Shown here piece after piece: positions 20,291-29,783 of a stretch of DNA of 64,000 nucleotides (position 1 is the first letter of the stretch; each line of letters starts with the position of its first letter). The notes below the pieces were generated by a model. It was given only the letters and a program-made list of their open reading frames with translations. It made no database searches and had not been told where the DNA came from. Both the position numbers and the translations under genes were made by a program. The DNA is from an uncultured virus (IMG/VR IMGVR_UViG_3300000255_000001) (taxonomy: Duplodnaviria > Heunggongvirae > Uroviricota > Caudoviricetes). The stretch lies in the IMG/VR virus record IMGVR_UViG_3300000255_000001. One strand, given 5' to 3'.

Positions 20291-20944
20291 ATGGAAAGCA
20301 ACTGGGATCTTGGCAAAGCACAAAGTAACTATCATTTTGAATGGAGTTTGCCTAGTCAAGAGACTGATTTTAAAAAAGTTACTCGTTTTATAGGCGACTG
20401 GTCCAATGAATTACAGCAAATTAAAAATAGTGTTGAGCCAGTTACTTGGAAAACTAGAAAGAAAAATTATCATAATAGTGATGCTAGTTTAGATACTGAA
20501 GTTAATGATTTAGTTAGAGCTGGTCAAAACCCTGATACAGTCATGTATCGCCGCTCAAGAGACATTACTGGAATATGGCAAACTATGGTAGATTGTTTAG
20601 GGTTATTAAACTCTAAAACAGCATTTCATATACAATATCCAGGTGAAATGGTCAATTTACATATTGATAAGCTATATGAAATGAATGATGATCCATCTAA
20701 AGTATCCCGATTTTTAATATTTTTAGAAGACTGGAAGCCTGGCCATTTTATACAGTTTGGCACAAGTTTATGCAGATGGCAAGCAGGAGATGTGTTTTGG
20801 TTTGATTGGGCAAATATGCCACACGCCACCGCTAATGCAGGGTGGGAACCTCGATGTCTTTTACAATGCACTGGAACTATAACAAACAAAACACAAGATA
20901 TATTGGACGGAGACGAATGCCTGACTCGCATAAACGAACATTAG
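20291..20944 (+). CDS. 2OG-Fe(II)/AspH-like oxygenase, paralog of 18539..19285
   Basis: HIQYPGEMVNLHIDKL, FLEDWKPGHF, FDWANMPHATANA. Confidence 0.65.
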   Translation: MESNWDLGKAQSNYHFEWSLPSQETDFKKVTRFIGDWSNELQQIKNSVEPVTWKTRKKNYHNSDASLDTEVNDLVRAGQNPDTVMYRRSRDITGIWQTMVDCLGLLNSKTAFHIQYPGEMVNLHIDKLYEMNDDPSKVSRFLIFLEDWKPGHFIQFGTSLCRWQAGDVFWFDWANMPHATANAGWEPRCLLQCTGTITNKTQDILDGDECLTRINEH

Positions 20945-21123
20945 TTAAAACAATTATATGGCGTGTATTTAATTTTATATATTGGCCGATACTTGCATAT
21001 GCTGTAACAGGTTCATGGAAGTCAACAGGTCTTTTAACAATAGGTGCTATATTGACAATGGTTTTATACTATGGCTATGAACGCTTATGGAATAACATTC
21101 AATGGGGTAAATTGGATAAATAA
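20917..21123 (+). CDS. DUF2061-like small membrane protein
   Basis: DSHKRTLVKTIIWR...LYYGYERLWNNIQWG. Confidence 0.7.
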   Translation: MPDSHKRTLVKTIIWRVFNFIYWPILAYAVTGSWKSTGLLTIGAILTMVLYYGYERLWNNIQWGKLDK

Positions 21124-21127
21124 GATT

Positions 21128-21685
21128 ATGGCCAATAAAATAGAATTATATGACGTTTTAGATAATACTAAAAATATCTATTTAAGTAACAACGCATTAG
21201 AAAATTTACTAGATTTTGAACGTGTTTTAGATACACTTGATTTATATGTGTTTGAAAACTGGGATAAGGGTGAATTAGTTGTTGGTCCTACCCATTCTCG
21301 TTATTTTGTAGAATGTGAATTTATGTGGCCACGTAAGTTAATGCCCAATCCCCTTGGCGCAAAACGCTTACTAGACTATGATATTACTATAACATATAGA
21401 AAGTCTAAATTAACAAAACCTATTAAAGACTTAAACGTATATCCAAAGAAAGCAGGTGAACAAGAAGTTCATCAAAAAGTTGAAACTAAAGAAACGCCAA
21501 TTTGGATAGTTAATATTAAAATTCCACGCAAGTTAATGACAAACATTGAACGTGGTTATGTAGAGTTGGAAGGTGAAAAATTAGATTTGGAGGATATTGA
21601 ACAAGCTGAACAAGAAAATCTTGCTCAGGCTGCGGCCGCTCCAGAAATGGCTATGGAGCCAGAAATGGAAGGAGGAATGATCTAA
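21128..21685 (+). CDS. conserved jumbo-phage hypothetical protein (late)
   Basis: LLDFERVLD.LDLYVFENW..GELV.GP...RY, with TAAATA-N5-ATG start. Confidence 0.65.
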   Translation: MANKIELYDVLDNTKNIYLSNNALENLLDFERVLDTLDLYVFENWDKGELVVGPTHSRYFVECEFMWPRKLMPNPLGAKRLLDYDITITYRKSKLTKPIKDLNVYPKKAGEQEVHQKVETKETPIWIVNIKIPRKLMTNIERGYVELEGEKLDLEDIEQAEQENLAQAAAAPEMAMEPEMEGGMI

Positions 21686-22467
21686 TGAAAAATTTTAGAG
21701 AAATTTTAGAAGATAATTTAAGTAATGTAGCTAAAAAGAAAATAAAAGAAAAAGCAAATATTGCTAAAATACGTGATAATTTACGGCCTACAAAAAAGAC
21801 TGTTACAAAAAGAGTAGATGGGGAACCAGACATAACTACTATAACAACAAACGATCCAAAATCAAATACAACAGCAAGAAAAGTAATATCTGCAGATCCT
21901 ACTATACCTGTTACAGATACAATAACAACACAAGAAATTGGTGGTGATTTTTCAAGTGACTTAACTCATTTAGGCGAATCTCCAATTAATGAAGACCTCA
22001 ATGCTTTAGATTTGGCAGATCTTGTAAATTCTACAATTTTTGTAGATAAACATAAAAGCAAATTAGGTGAAGATAAGGATGTTATTGTATTAGCAATGGA
22101 AGTTAAAAATAATGATGCCGCAAAGGACTTAATGTCATTTGTTGAGCGTGGTTATACAGATGTTATAGATGCTGATAATATTTCAAGTGAAAATATTGAT
22201 GGTGATTACGTTGTATTTGTAGAGTTTGAACGTAAAGATACATTCAAAGATGTATTATCTGAAATGTTAACAGGTGTTGAAAAACTAACAGGCATTGATA
22301 ATTGGTCATTTAAACATTATAAAAGCAGTAAAACACTAACGATGGAAGAATTACACAACACACTTCCAGTTACCCCAGAACAATATGACTCTTTTCTAGC
22401 AAAAGAGCAAAATATTAAAGATCAGTTACAACAACTCAGAATTAACGCCCGCGTACCTATGAAGTAA
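21685..22467 (+). CDS. hypothetical protein with capsid-targeting-like N-terminus
   Basis: MKNFREILE start, internal PINE site, D.HKSKLGED.DVIVL. Confidence 0.6.
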   Translation: MKNFREILEDNLSNVAKKKIKEKANIAKIRDNLRPTKKTVTKRVDGEPDITTITTNDPKSNTTARKVISADPTIPVTDTITTQEIGGDFSSDLTHLGESPINEDLNALDLADLVNSTIFVDKHKSKLGEDKDVIVLAMEVKNNDAAKDLMSFVERGYTDVIDADNISSENIDGDYVVFVEFERKDTFKDVLSEMLTGVEKLTGIDNWSFKHYKSSKTLTMEELHNTLPVTPEQYDSFLAKEQNIKDQLQQLRINARVPMK

Positions 22468-22506
22468 TAAATAATAGTAGCATATTATTATACGCAGGAG
22501 TTAATT

Positions 22507-22998
22507 ATGTCATACATAGTCATGATTCTAATAGTCATCATGGGCATCGGTGGCGGTGGTGGTTACATGTACTACCAAAATTCCCAACAGGAAAAAGCCG
22601 TTTTAATTGCCGAGGCAGCTGTTAGAGATACAAAAATTGCATTACAAAATGAAGCAATAGCACAGGCTGACAGAGACAGAGAAAAAATTCAACAAGTAGT
22701 TGACAACTTAAACCAAAGATTTGCACAATCACAAAAAGATTATGACAATCTAGTAGGTAGATTTGGTAAATTATCTGCTAATTTTGGTACACGCGACATT
22801 GGAAAACTTGCTGAGAATAAACCAAAATTAATTGAAAGAGTAATAAGTAAAGCATCTGCTAGGGTATTGCGATGCTTTGAAATACTCAGTGGTAGTCCTT
22901 TAACTAATAAAGAAATTACTGCTACAAAACCAAGTCAAATTAATACAGAATGTCCATCTGTAGCCAATCCAAACTATCATCCCAAGGAGGACGAGTAA
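22507..22998 (+). CDS. inner-membrane spanin (Rz-like)
   Basis: N-terminal TM, periplasmic coiled coil and C-terminal Cys, followed immediately by a lipoprotein gene. Confidence 0.65.
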   Translation: MSYIVMILIVIMGIGGGGGYMYYQNSQQEKAVLIAEAAVRDTKIALQNEAIAQADRDREKIQQVVDNLNQRFAQSQKDYDNLVGRFGKLSANFGTRDIGKLAENKPKLIERVISKASARVLRCFEILSGSPLTNKEITATKPSQINTECPSVANPNYHPKEDE

Positions 22999-23394
22999 AT
23001 GTTAAAAGAAATTATTGTAGGTACATCTATACTTGCTTTAGGCCCATTTGCCCTCTCAGGGTGTAGCACTAATCCACCTAAAGTAGCAATACAAGTAAAA
23101 CCAGCAGTACGTGTTCCATTAAATTTACCAAGTACAGATACAATTAATCAGAGAGAAGTTAAATGGATTATTGTTACACCAGAAAATGTAGATGATGTTT
23201 TTCACAAATTATCTAAAGAAAGCGTAGATGGAGCAATATTTGGTTTAACCGATACTGGTTATGAGAATTTATCTCTCAACATGGCCGCTATTCGAAAACT
23301 AGTTCAACAACAGCAAGCAATTATTATTGCTTACGAAGAATACTACAAAGACCAAGATAACGCTCTTATAGAACACAACAAACAATTCAAGTAA
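22999..23394 (+). CDS. outer-membrane lipoprotein spanin (Rz1-like)
   Basis: Lipobox LSGC followed by a Pro-rich segment. Confidence 0.65.
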   Translation: MLKEIIVGTSILALGPFALSGCSTNPPKVAIQVKPAVRVPLNLPSTDTINQREVKWIIVTPENVDDVFHKLSKESVDGAIFGLTDTGYENLSLNMAAIRKLVQQQQAIIIAYEEYYKDQDNALIEHNKQFK

Positions 23395-23422
23395 ATTATA
23401 ATAAACCCATATAAATAGATGC

Positions 23423-23617
23423 ATGTGGGTTTTAATCAAAGTTATCGTACTGAACGTAATAGCGTCAGCATTTTGGATGTGGTTTAAAGATACCAAAATG
23501 GGCGTTTGGTTTCAGAAAAAAGTAGATCGTCTATTAACACATATAGTAAAGAAAACTGATGTAGAAATTTTGAAAGACGAAAATGAACACGCAGACACTA
23601 AAGATCCTGACGTCTAG
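23423..23617 (+). CDS. small membrane protein
   Basis: TAAATA-N5-ATG start and an N-terminal TM. Confidence 0.55.
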   Translation: MWVLIKVIVLNVIASAFWMWFKDTKMGVWFQKKVDRLLTHIVKKTDVEILKDENEHADTKDPDV

Positions 23618-24200
23618 TGTTCATTGGAGAAACACTAGCGAATTTCCTAAGGAAATCTTAGGCCAATATGACCTGTGCTTTCTGCAACAGGTTCCGTATC
23701 CTATTGCTAGCCAATTGACGGCATACCACCAATGGATAGATAATGGTGATACCGGTCTATGTATTATTTCTAATAACACTCCAATGGTAGATAAACAGAA
23801 CTGTTATCATTGTGAAGTGTATAAATTTGACTGCTCAACTGATGATCGTATTCAACACTGGCATGCATATAATATAAATGGTTTAAAATTAGTTAATTGT
23901 TTACCATTTGACAATAGTGATGTGGAACTTATGCAAAAAAGCATATCAGAATTACTAAGAGTGTGTGGCACAGGTACTGATGTTGTTTTAATTGGTGATT
24001 TTAGGAACGGAATTAATGATAAGTCGCATGGACGTAGTTTAACATATCGAGGATTTCGCAACCACTTAGTGGATAGTTTGTATGCAAAAGTAATCACAAG
24101 AACTGACTCGACAATTAAGATAAGTAATATTGTACAGGATGAAGGTATTACTACATTCAATTTAACGAGGAACTATGACAAGAACCAGGACAGCAGTTAG
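23583..24200 (+). CDS. degenerate endonuclease/exonuclease/phosphatase-like protein
   Basis: LKILT, YDLCFLQQV, TGLCIIS, VVLIGDF. Confidence 0.45.
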   Translation: MNTQTLKILTSSVHWRNTSEFPKEILGQYDLCFLQQVPYPIASQLTAYHQWIDNGDTGLCIISNNTPMVDKQNCYHCEVYKFDCSTDDRIQHWHAYNINGLKLVNCLPFDNSDVELMQKSISELLRVCGTGTDVVLIGDFRNGINDKSHGRSLTYRGFRNHLVDSLYAKVITRTDSTIKISNIVQDEGITTFNLTRNYDKNQDSS

Positions 24201-24594
24201 AGAAACTGCGGTATCAGAACATTTATCAGTAACACCAATAGCAAGCAACAACTCTAATGGTCCTATTGCTAAATGGATGCGTTCATTATGGCGTCCAATA
24301 GCTGCATTAACATATTTGGCTATCTGTATATTTGATTTTATTATTGCACCTTATTATGTACAAGCACAACCACACGATTTAGCAGAGATATTTAAGTATG
24401 TATTGCAGATGCCAGTTGAACAACAGTCTGAAGCATTAAATATTATGATGAATAAAGGCGACTGGCAGTCCTTAACATTACAAGGTGGTGGCTTGTTTCA
24501 TATTGCTTTTGGTGCTATACTTGGAGCGGCGGCATGGACACGCGGCATGGAAAAACGCGAGGCGATCGCGGTAGAAAAAACTTCGCGCATATAA
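24175..24594 (+). CDS. 3TM (GTA-type) holin
   Basis: WMRSLWRP...ICIFDF...GGLFHIAFGAILGAAAWTRGMEK, near the spanins. Confidence 0.65.
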   Translation: MTRTRTAVRETAVSEHLSVTPIASNNSNGPIAKWMRSLWRPIAALTYLAICIFDFIIAPYYVQAQPHDLAEIFKYVLQMPVEQQSEALNIMMNKGDWQSLTLQGGGLFHIAFGAILGAAAWTRGMEKREAIAVEKTSRI

Positions 24595-24595
24595 T

Positions 24596-25039
24596 ATGAA
24601 ATTAAAGCAACTACACCATTTTGCATGGAAGTGTAGAGATGCAGATGAAACAATAGAATTTTATACTAATGTATTGGGGTTACCCCACGTCCATACTATA
24701 GAAAAAGATCACGTTCCAAGTACCGGAGCATATGCTCCATACAAACACATATTTTTCCAAATGCCAGACAAAAGTTGCATTGCATTTTTTGATTTAGGCG
24801 ATGGCGAAGCAACTACAACAGATTGCGAAGATTGGGTAGTACATTTTGCATTTGATGTTGGTACTGTTGAGAATGTAGATGCTTGGTTTGCTGAATTAAC
24901 ATCAAGAGGACTAGATGTTATAGGCCCAACTAATCACGATGATTGGATATATAGTATATACTTTTTTGATCCAAACAATTTACGATTAGAAATAACATGT
25001 AATATGCAAAATGAAAATACAACACACACTGACGAGTGA
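24596..25039 (+). CDS. VOC (glyoxalase/extradiol dioxygenase) family protein
   Basis: LHHFAWKCRD..ET..FY..VLG, HFAF, SIYFFDPNNLRLEI. Confidence 0.88.
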   Translation: MKLKQLHHFAWKCRDADETIEFYTNVLGLPHVHTIEKDHVPSTGAYAPYKHIFFQMPDKSCIAFFDLGDGEATTTDCEDWVVHFAFDVGTVENVDAWFAELTSRGLDVIGPTNHDDWIYSIYFFDPNNLRLEITCNMQNENTTHTDE

Positions 25040-25769
25040 TCTAAATATAACACAATTTTGTGATGGTAGTGCATATCTTATACATATGGAGAGATTACGT
25101 GCGGCTCGTGGAGCAAAAATGCCCGATAGTTTTAATTGGGATCCATTAATGTATCAAGGCGTTAGTGACAAATTTTTATTGTGGAATGAAAACATACATC
25201 CATTCCCTGAGGAATATGGAATAGACTTTGAAGCAGAGGTAGGTGTTATTGTTGATGAAGTTCCGTTAGGCACTACTGCTGACGAAGCATATGAACACAT
25301 TAAGTATATTACTATTATAAACGACATTAGTTTACGTAAATTAATACCCGCAGAATTAGCAAAAGGATTTGGATTTTTCCAAAGCAAACCTCATAGTGCG
25401 TTAGGCAAATATTGCCATGAAACACTACAAATAAAAGGAATGTTTCATACAGATTGTAAATTACACGCAAACATGATAATTGAGTTAAATGAAGAACGTG
25501 TTGGAAAAATAAATACAGCACAACAGATGACATTTAGTTTTGCTGACTTGATAGAACACGCGGCAAAAACTAGAACATTAAGCGAAGGAACATTAATTGG
25601 CAGTGGAACAGTAAGTTCTTCTGTGCGTATGGATGGATTTGGTTGCTTAATGGAACGCAATGCAGTATTCAATGATAAACCAGAACTATATCTAAAGCAT
25701 GGCGATAGAGTTACTATGTATATTGAGGGGTTTGAGGACACCTTAATTATTGATCAAAGGATAGCATAG
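25011..25769 (+). CDS. fumarylacetoacetate hydrolase family protein
   Basis: DGSAY..H, PLMYQG.SD, DFEAEV, NDISLR.LIPAELAKGFGFFQSKP, IGSGTVS. Confidence 0.88.
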   Translation: MKIQHTLTSDLNITQFCDGSAYLIHMERLRAARGAKMPDSFNWDPLMYQGVSDKFLLWNENIHPFPEEYGIDFEAEVGVIVDEVPLGTTADEAYEHIKYITIINDISLRKLIPAELAKGFGFFQSKPHSALGKYCHETLQIKGMFHTDCKLHANMIIELNEERVGKINTAQQMTFSFADLIEHAAKTRTLSEGTLIGSGTVSSSVRMDGFGCLMERNAVFNDKPELYLKHGDRVTMYIEGFEDTLIIDQRIA

Positions 25770-27166
25770 TGAAATATAACACAAAAGATTTACAACAAAA
25801 AGATATAGATCATAACATACACCCATGGACAAATTTTGCTAATCATGAAAAATCATTAGTAATGGCAAACTCTCTTGGTAATTATGTATATGATAGCGAT
25901 GGTAATCAGTATTTAGATGGTATTGCTGGCTTATGGTGTGTAAACATTGGTTACGCACACGAAGCAATGAAGAAAGCAATTGCTGATCAAATAGACGAGA
26001 TTGCTTATTACGCAACATTTGGTCCTACAGTTACACCACCCGCCGCAGAATTAGCGGCAAAATTAGCGGAGATAGCACCTGGTGACTTAAATCATGTATT
26101 CTTTGGCACTGGTGGTTCAATAGCAAATGATACAGCAATACGTATTATACATTTTTATAATAATAAACGTGGGAAGCCAAACAAAAAGAAAATTATCTCA
26201 CGTTTAGACTCATACCATGGTAGCACATACATGGCAATGACACTAACAGGTACACAGCATGATCACATTGGTTTTGATATTGCTCCTGATTTAGTATATT
26301 ATATATCAGCACCTAATTGTTATAGAGGTATAGAAGGTGACCGTCCTCCAACTAAAGAGCAATTAGAAATATTTTGTAATGAATTAGTAAAAGAATTTGA
26401 GAAAAAAATATTAGAACTTGGATCGGAAAATGTGGCGGCATTTATTGCTGAACCTATTATGGGCGCAGGTGGTGTTATTGTTGCCCCTCCAGGTTATCAC
26501 AAACGCATGAAAGAAGTTTGTGAAAAGTTTGATATGTTATACATATCAGATGAAGTAGTAACAGGTTTTGGACGTTTAGGACATTGGTTTGCATCCGAAG
26601 AAATATTTGATATAGTGCCTGACATTATAACAAGTGCTAAAGGCATCTCATCAGGTTACATTCCATTATCAGCAACTATAATATCAGACAAAATTTACGA
26701 TGTAATCAGTGATGGCGCTCAAGCAGAAGGCGCATTATTTACACACGGCTTTACATACGCAGGACATCCTGTTGCGTGTGCCGCTGGACTTGCTAACATT
26801 AAAATAATGGAAGACGAGAAAATACTTGAACATGTACGTGAAGTTGGTCCATACTTTGAAGAACAATTACAACATATGCGTGGACATTACATGGTTGGTG
26901 ATGTACGTGGTAGTCATTATATGTTGTGTATGGAATTTGTTAAGACACGCCATACTAAAGAATTATTTCCAGCAAGTGTAGATATTGGCAGTAGGATAGC
27001 AAATCACGCACAAGACCGTGGTGTAATCATTAGGCCAATTGGTCATTTAAATGTTATTTCGCCACCATTGACATTAACTAAAGAGAATATAGATCATATG
27101 ATGGTAGTATTACACGCAAGTATTAATGCTACGCAGGAAGATCTGAAAAGAGAAGGCCTTTTATAA
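25769..27166 (+). CDS. class III PLP aminotransferase (omega-amino acid/putrescine-pyruvate type)
   Basis: YLDGIAGLWCVNIG, SYHGST, FIAEPIMGAGG, DEVVTGFGR, AKGISSGYIP, HGFTYAGHP. Confidence 0.92.
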   Translation: MKYNTKDLQQKDIDHNIHPWTNFANHEKSLVMANSLGNYVYDSDGNQYLDGIAGLWCVNIGYAHEAMKKAIADQIDEIAYYATFGPTVTPPAAELAAKLAEIAPGDLNHVFFGTGGSIANDTAIRIIHFYNNKRGKPNKKKIISRLDSYHGSTYMAMTLTGTQHDHIGFDIAPDLVYYISAPNCYRGIEGDRPPTKEQLEIFCNELVKEFEKKILELGSENVAAFIAEPIMGAGGVIVAPPGYHKRMKEVCEKFDMLYISDEVVTGFGRLGHWFASEEIFDIVPDIITSAKGISSGYIPLSATIISDKIYDVISDGAQAEGALFTHGFTYAGHPVACAAGLANIKIMEDEKILEHVREVGPYFEEQLQHMRGHYMVGDVRGSHYMLCMEFVKTRHTKELFPASVDIGSRIANHAQDRGVIIRPIGHLNVISPPLTLTKENIDHMMVVLHASINATQEDLKREGLL

Positions 27167-27206
27167 TATACGTATAAATACATGTATTATCGGAGAATCA
27201 ATTTAG

Positions 27207-27947
27207 ATGGCATTAACAAAAGTACCTAGTGGCCTAATCGAAGATGGAACAATTATTGATGCGGATATACATGCATCAGCCGAGATTGCTAAAACAAAAT
27301 TAGCATCTTTAGATATAGTTAATGCTGACGTTAATGCAAGTGCGGCAATAGCACAAAGTAAATTGTCACTTGATATTACTAATTCTCAAGTGAACGCAAG
27401 TGCGGCAATAGCACAAAGTAAATTAGCAACACTCGTAATAACAGATGCAGAAGTTGCAAATAATGCTCTATCAGGAAACAAGATAGATGCTGGTACTATT
27501 TCTAATTTTGCATCCACTGGTATTGATGACAATGCTAATGCTTTAGCAGTTACTATTGATTCATCGGAAAGGGTTGGTATAGGTGCTACAAGTCCAGAGC
27601 AACTACTCCATTTAAAGGGTGTGGCAAACCAACTTCGTATTCAGGACTCATCGGACAATCATAAGTATGATATAAATGTAGATGCAACAAAGTTTCATAT
27701 TGACGATATGACCGCAGGAATAAACAGACTGACTGTAGATTCAACGGGAAAGTTTGGAATAGGAACTACCTCACCTGCCGCAACATTAGACGTTACTGGT
27801 ACAGATGCTATAATCATACCAGTAGGAACTACAGCACAACGACCTGGTACTCCAGAAACAGGTATGATGCGTTTTAATAGTACCACGACGCGTTTCGAAG
27901 GTTATAATGGTAGTGCGTGGGTACCTATAGATACACTATATAGTTAG
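27207..27947 (+). CDS. tail fibre-related protein
   Basis: 20-aa repeats (VNASAAIAQSKL), VGIGATSP/GIGTTSP, PVGTTAQRP..GMMRFNS..FEGYNG. TATAAATA upstream. Confidence 0.7.
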   Translation: MALTKVPSGLIEDGTIIDADIHASAEIAKTKLASLDIVNADVNASAAIAQSKLSLDITNSQVNASAAIAQSKLATLVITDAEVANNALSGNKIDAGTISNFASTGIDDNANALAVTIDSSERVGIGATSPEQLLHLKGVANQLRIQDSSDNHKYDINVDATKFHIDDMTAGINRLTVDSTGKFGIGTTSPAATLDVTGTDAIIIPVGTTAQRPGTPETGMMRFNSTTTRFEGYNGSAWVPIDTLYS

Positions 27948-27957
27948 GAAATAAAAT

Positions 27958-28265
27958 ATGGCATTAACAAGACCAAGACCAAGAGCAGGACAAATCAACT
28001 TTGATGTTACTAACATTACTGATCCACTAATACGACTTAATAGTGGTGAAACAGGCTCCGCAAAAACTATGCGGGAATTGGTTATACATATGATGCAACT
28101 AGGGATGCTTTTATCCCACCCAAACCTTATGACAGTTGGTTGTTAGATGAGTCAACTTGTCTTTGGGAATCATCTATACCTTATCCTAACGATGGCAAAG
28201 TGTATGACTGGAATGAAGACAATATAGAATGGACCGAATGGATTCCGGAAGAAGATCCTGACTAG
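27958..28265 (+). pseudogene. out-of-frame fusion remnant of two tail-associated genes
   Basis: MALTRPRPRAGQI...DPLIRLNSG start, then from 28056 a startless frame LRKNYAGIGYTYDATRDAFIPPKPYDSW...W.WNE ending TAG at 28265. Confidence 0.65.
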
Positions 28266-28291
28266 ACTTTTCCATAAAGATATGTTATAAT
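28263..28291 (+). promoter_or_regulatory. sigma70-type promoter of dnaJ
   Basis: TAGACT-N17-TATAAT with extended TG. Confidence 0.65.
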
Positions 28292-28301
28292 TACATAGTA
28301 T

Positions 28302-29162
28302 ATGGATGCAAGCAAAAATTACTACGAAATACTAGGCGTAAGCGAAGACGCAAAGCCTGCGGCTATTAAAAAAGCATATCGTAAGTTGGCTATGAAACAT
28401 CATCCCGACAAAGGCGGTGATGGGAAACAGTTTCAGCAAATAAACGAAGCCAACGATATCCTTACGAGTGATAAACGTGAAGAGTATGATCATTTACGCA
28501 AATACGGTGGTCCGCAAGAATTTGGCGGACAACAAGGTCCATTTGTATGGTCTACTGGTGGCGCCGGTCCTATTAATATAAACATAGAAGAAGTATTTGG
28601 AGAGGTATTTGGTGGACGTGGTCCTTTTAGACAGCGACAACAACGCAATAGAGATGTTCATATACAAATAGCAATAACATTAGAAGAAGCATATAATGGA
28701 GTTAATAAACGACTTGAGTATCGCACATCTAATGAATTAAAAACAATAGATGTTACTATACCACGTGGTGTAATAAGCGACACAACTTTGCGTATGCGTG
28801 AATTGGGTGATAGGGCTATGCCGAATATGCCTTCTGGTGATTTGTTAGTTACTGTTCAAGTATATAATCATAACACATATCAACGCCAAGGACAAAATTT
28901 ATTTACTGTAATAGAATTAAATTGTTTTGAAGCAATGCTCGGTGCCGAAAAAATATTACCTACAATTACAGGTGGTGAATTAAAGGTAAAAATTCCTCCC
29001 GGTTCTCAACCCAATAGCAAGTTATTATTAAAACAACAAGGAATGCCTGTTATGGATAGTAATTTATATGGGGATCTATTTGTACAATTAAACATTAACA
29101 TACCTAAAAATTTAACTACTGATCAAAAGAATCTAATACAAGATTTACTTAAATCATCGTAA
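28302..29162 (+). CDS. dnaJ: DnaJ-class chaperone lacking zinc finger (class B/CbpA-like)
   Basis: YYEILGV, HPDK J-domain, G/F-rich linker, two C-terminal domains (GDLLV, GDLFV). Confidence 0.9.
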   Translation: MDASKNYYEILGVSEDAKPAAIKKAYRKLAMKHHPDKGGDGKQFQQINEANDILTSDKREEYDHLRKYGGPQEFGGQQGPFVWSTGGAGPININIEEVFGEVFGGRGPFRQRQQRNRDVHIQIAITLEEAYNGVNKRLEYRTSNELKTIDVTIPRGVISDTTLRMRELGDRAMPNMPSGDLLVTVQVYNHNTYQRQGQNLFTVIELNCFEAMLGAEKILPTITGGELKVKIPPGSQPNSKLLLKQQGMPVMDSNLYGDLFVQLNINIPKNLTTDQKNLIQDLLKSS

Positions 29163-29174
29163 CTAAATATTTGT

Positions 29175-29315
29175 ATGAAAGAAACATGTTGTGATAAAGC
29201 CAAACCTAAAGGTGCTTGGAAGTATATTCCATTTGCCTTATTAACAGCTTTTGGCACATTAGCAGTTGTCCTGTCTTTAGAGGTAGGCATTGCTTATGCC
29301 TTTGGTTGGGTATAA
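29175..29315 (+). CDS. small membrane protein (46 aa, not in ORF track)
   Basis: MKETCCDKAKPKGAWKYIPFALLTAFGTLAVVLSLEVGIAYAFGWV, with TAAATA-N5-ATG. Confidence 0.55.
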   Translation: MKETCCDKAKPKGAWKYIPFALLTAFGTLAVVLSLEVGIAYAFGWV

Positions 29316-29321
29316 TATATC

Positions 29322-29783
29322 ATGGAGCGAAAAATAAAACTTACTAAACGTGTCTTACACAAAGAGGCGAAGCCTGTTGTGTTTGATAAACCATTCCAAC
29401 TACAGAAACTTGCAGTAATGATGATGGCGTTTATGGTAGAAAACAAAGGTATTGGTCTTGCAGCTCCGCAAATAGGAATTAGTAAACGTTTATTTGTAAT
29501 GTTTAGTGAAGATTGGCAAAATAAATTTAAATACTTTTTTAATCCATCAGTATTAGAAAGTAGTAAAGAAACTAATATTGATACAGAAGGATGTTTAAGT
29601 TTTCCTGGAGAACATTTAGAAATAGAACGTTCGAATTGGATTAAAATAGAGTATTATGATTATCTAGGTAATAAATGGAGTGATGAAGAACTTAGTGGAT
29701 ATACTGCTAGATGTTATTTGCATGAACTAGATCATTTAAATGGTATTACCTTTAACGACAGAGTTAGCGTATACGATGTTTGA
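29322..29783 (+). CDS. def: peptide deformylase
   Basis: GIGLAAPQIG, EGCLS, HELDHLNG. Confidence 0.95.
   Translation: MERKIKLTKRVLHKEAKPVVFDKPFQLQKLAVMMMAFMVENKGIGLAAPQIGISKRLFVMFSEDWQNKFKYFFNPSVLESSKETNIDTEGCLSFPGEHLEIERSNWIKIEYYDYLGNKWSDEELSGYTARCYLHELDHLNGITFNDRVSVYDV

Noticed and set aside
22507..24594. Complete lysis cassette
   Set aside because: Spanins and a holin are present, but I found no recognisable endolysin in the window.
27333..27424. About 30-bp direct repeat with 60-bp period as a CRISPR array
   Set aside because: There are only two copies, in frame, encoding a 20-aa tail-protein repeat.
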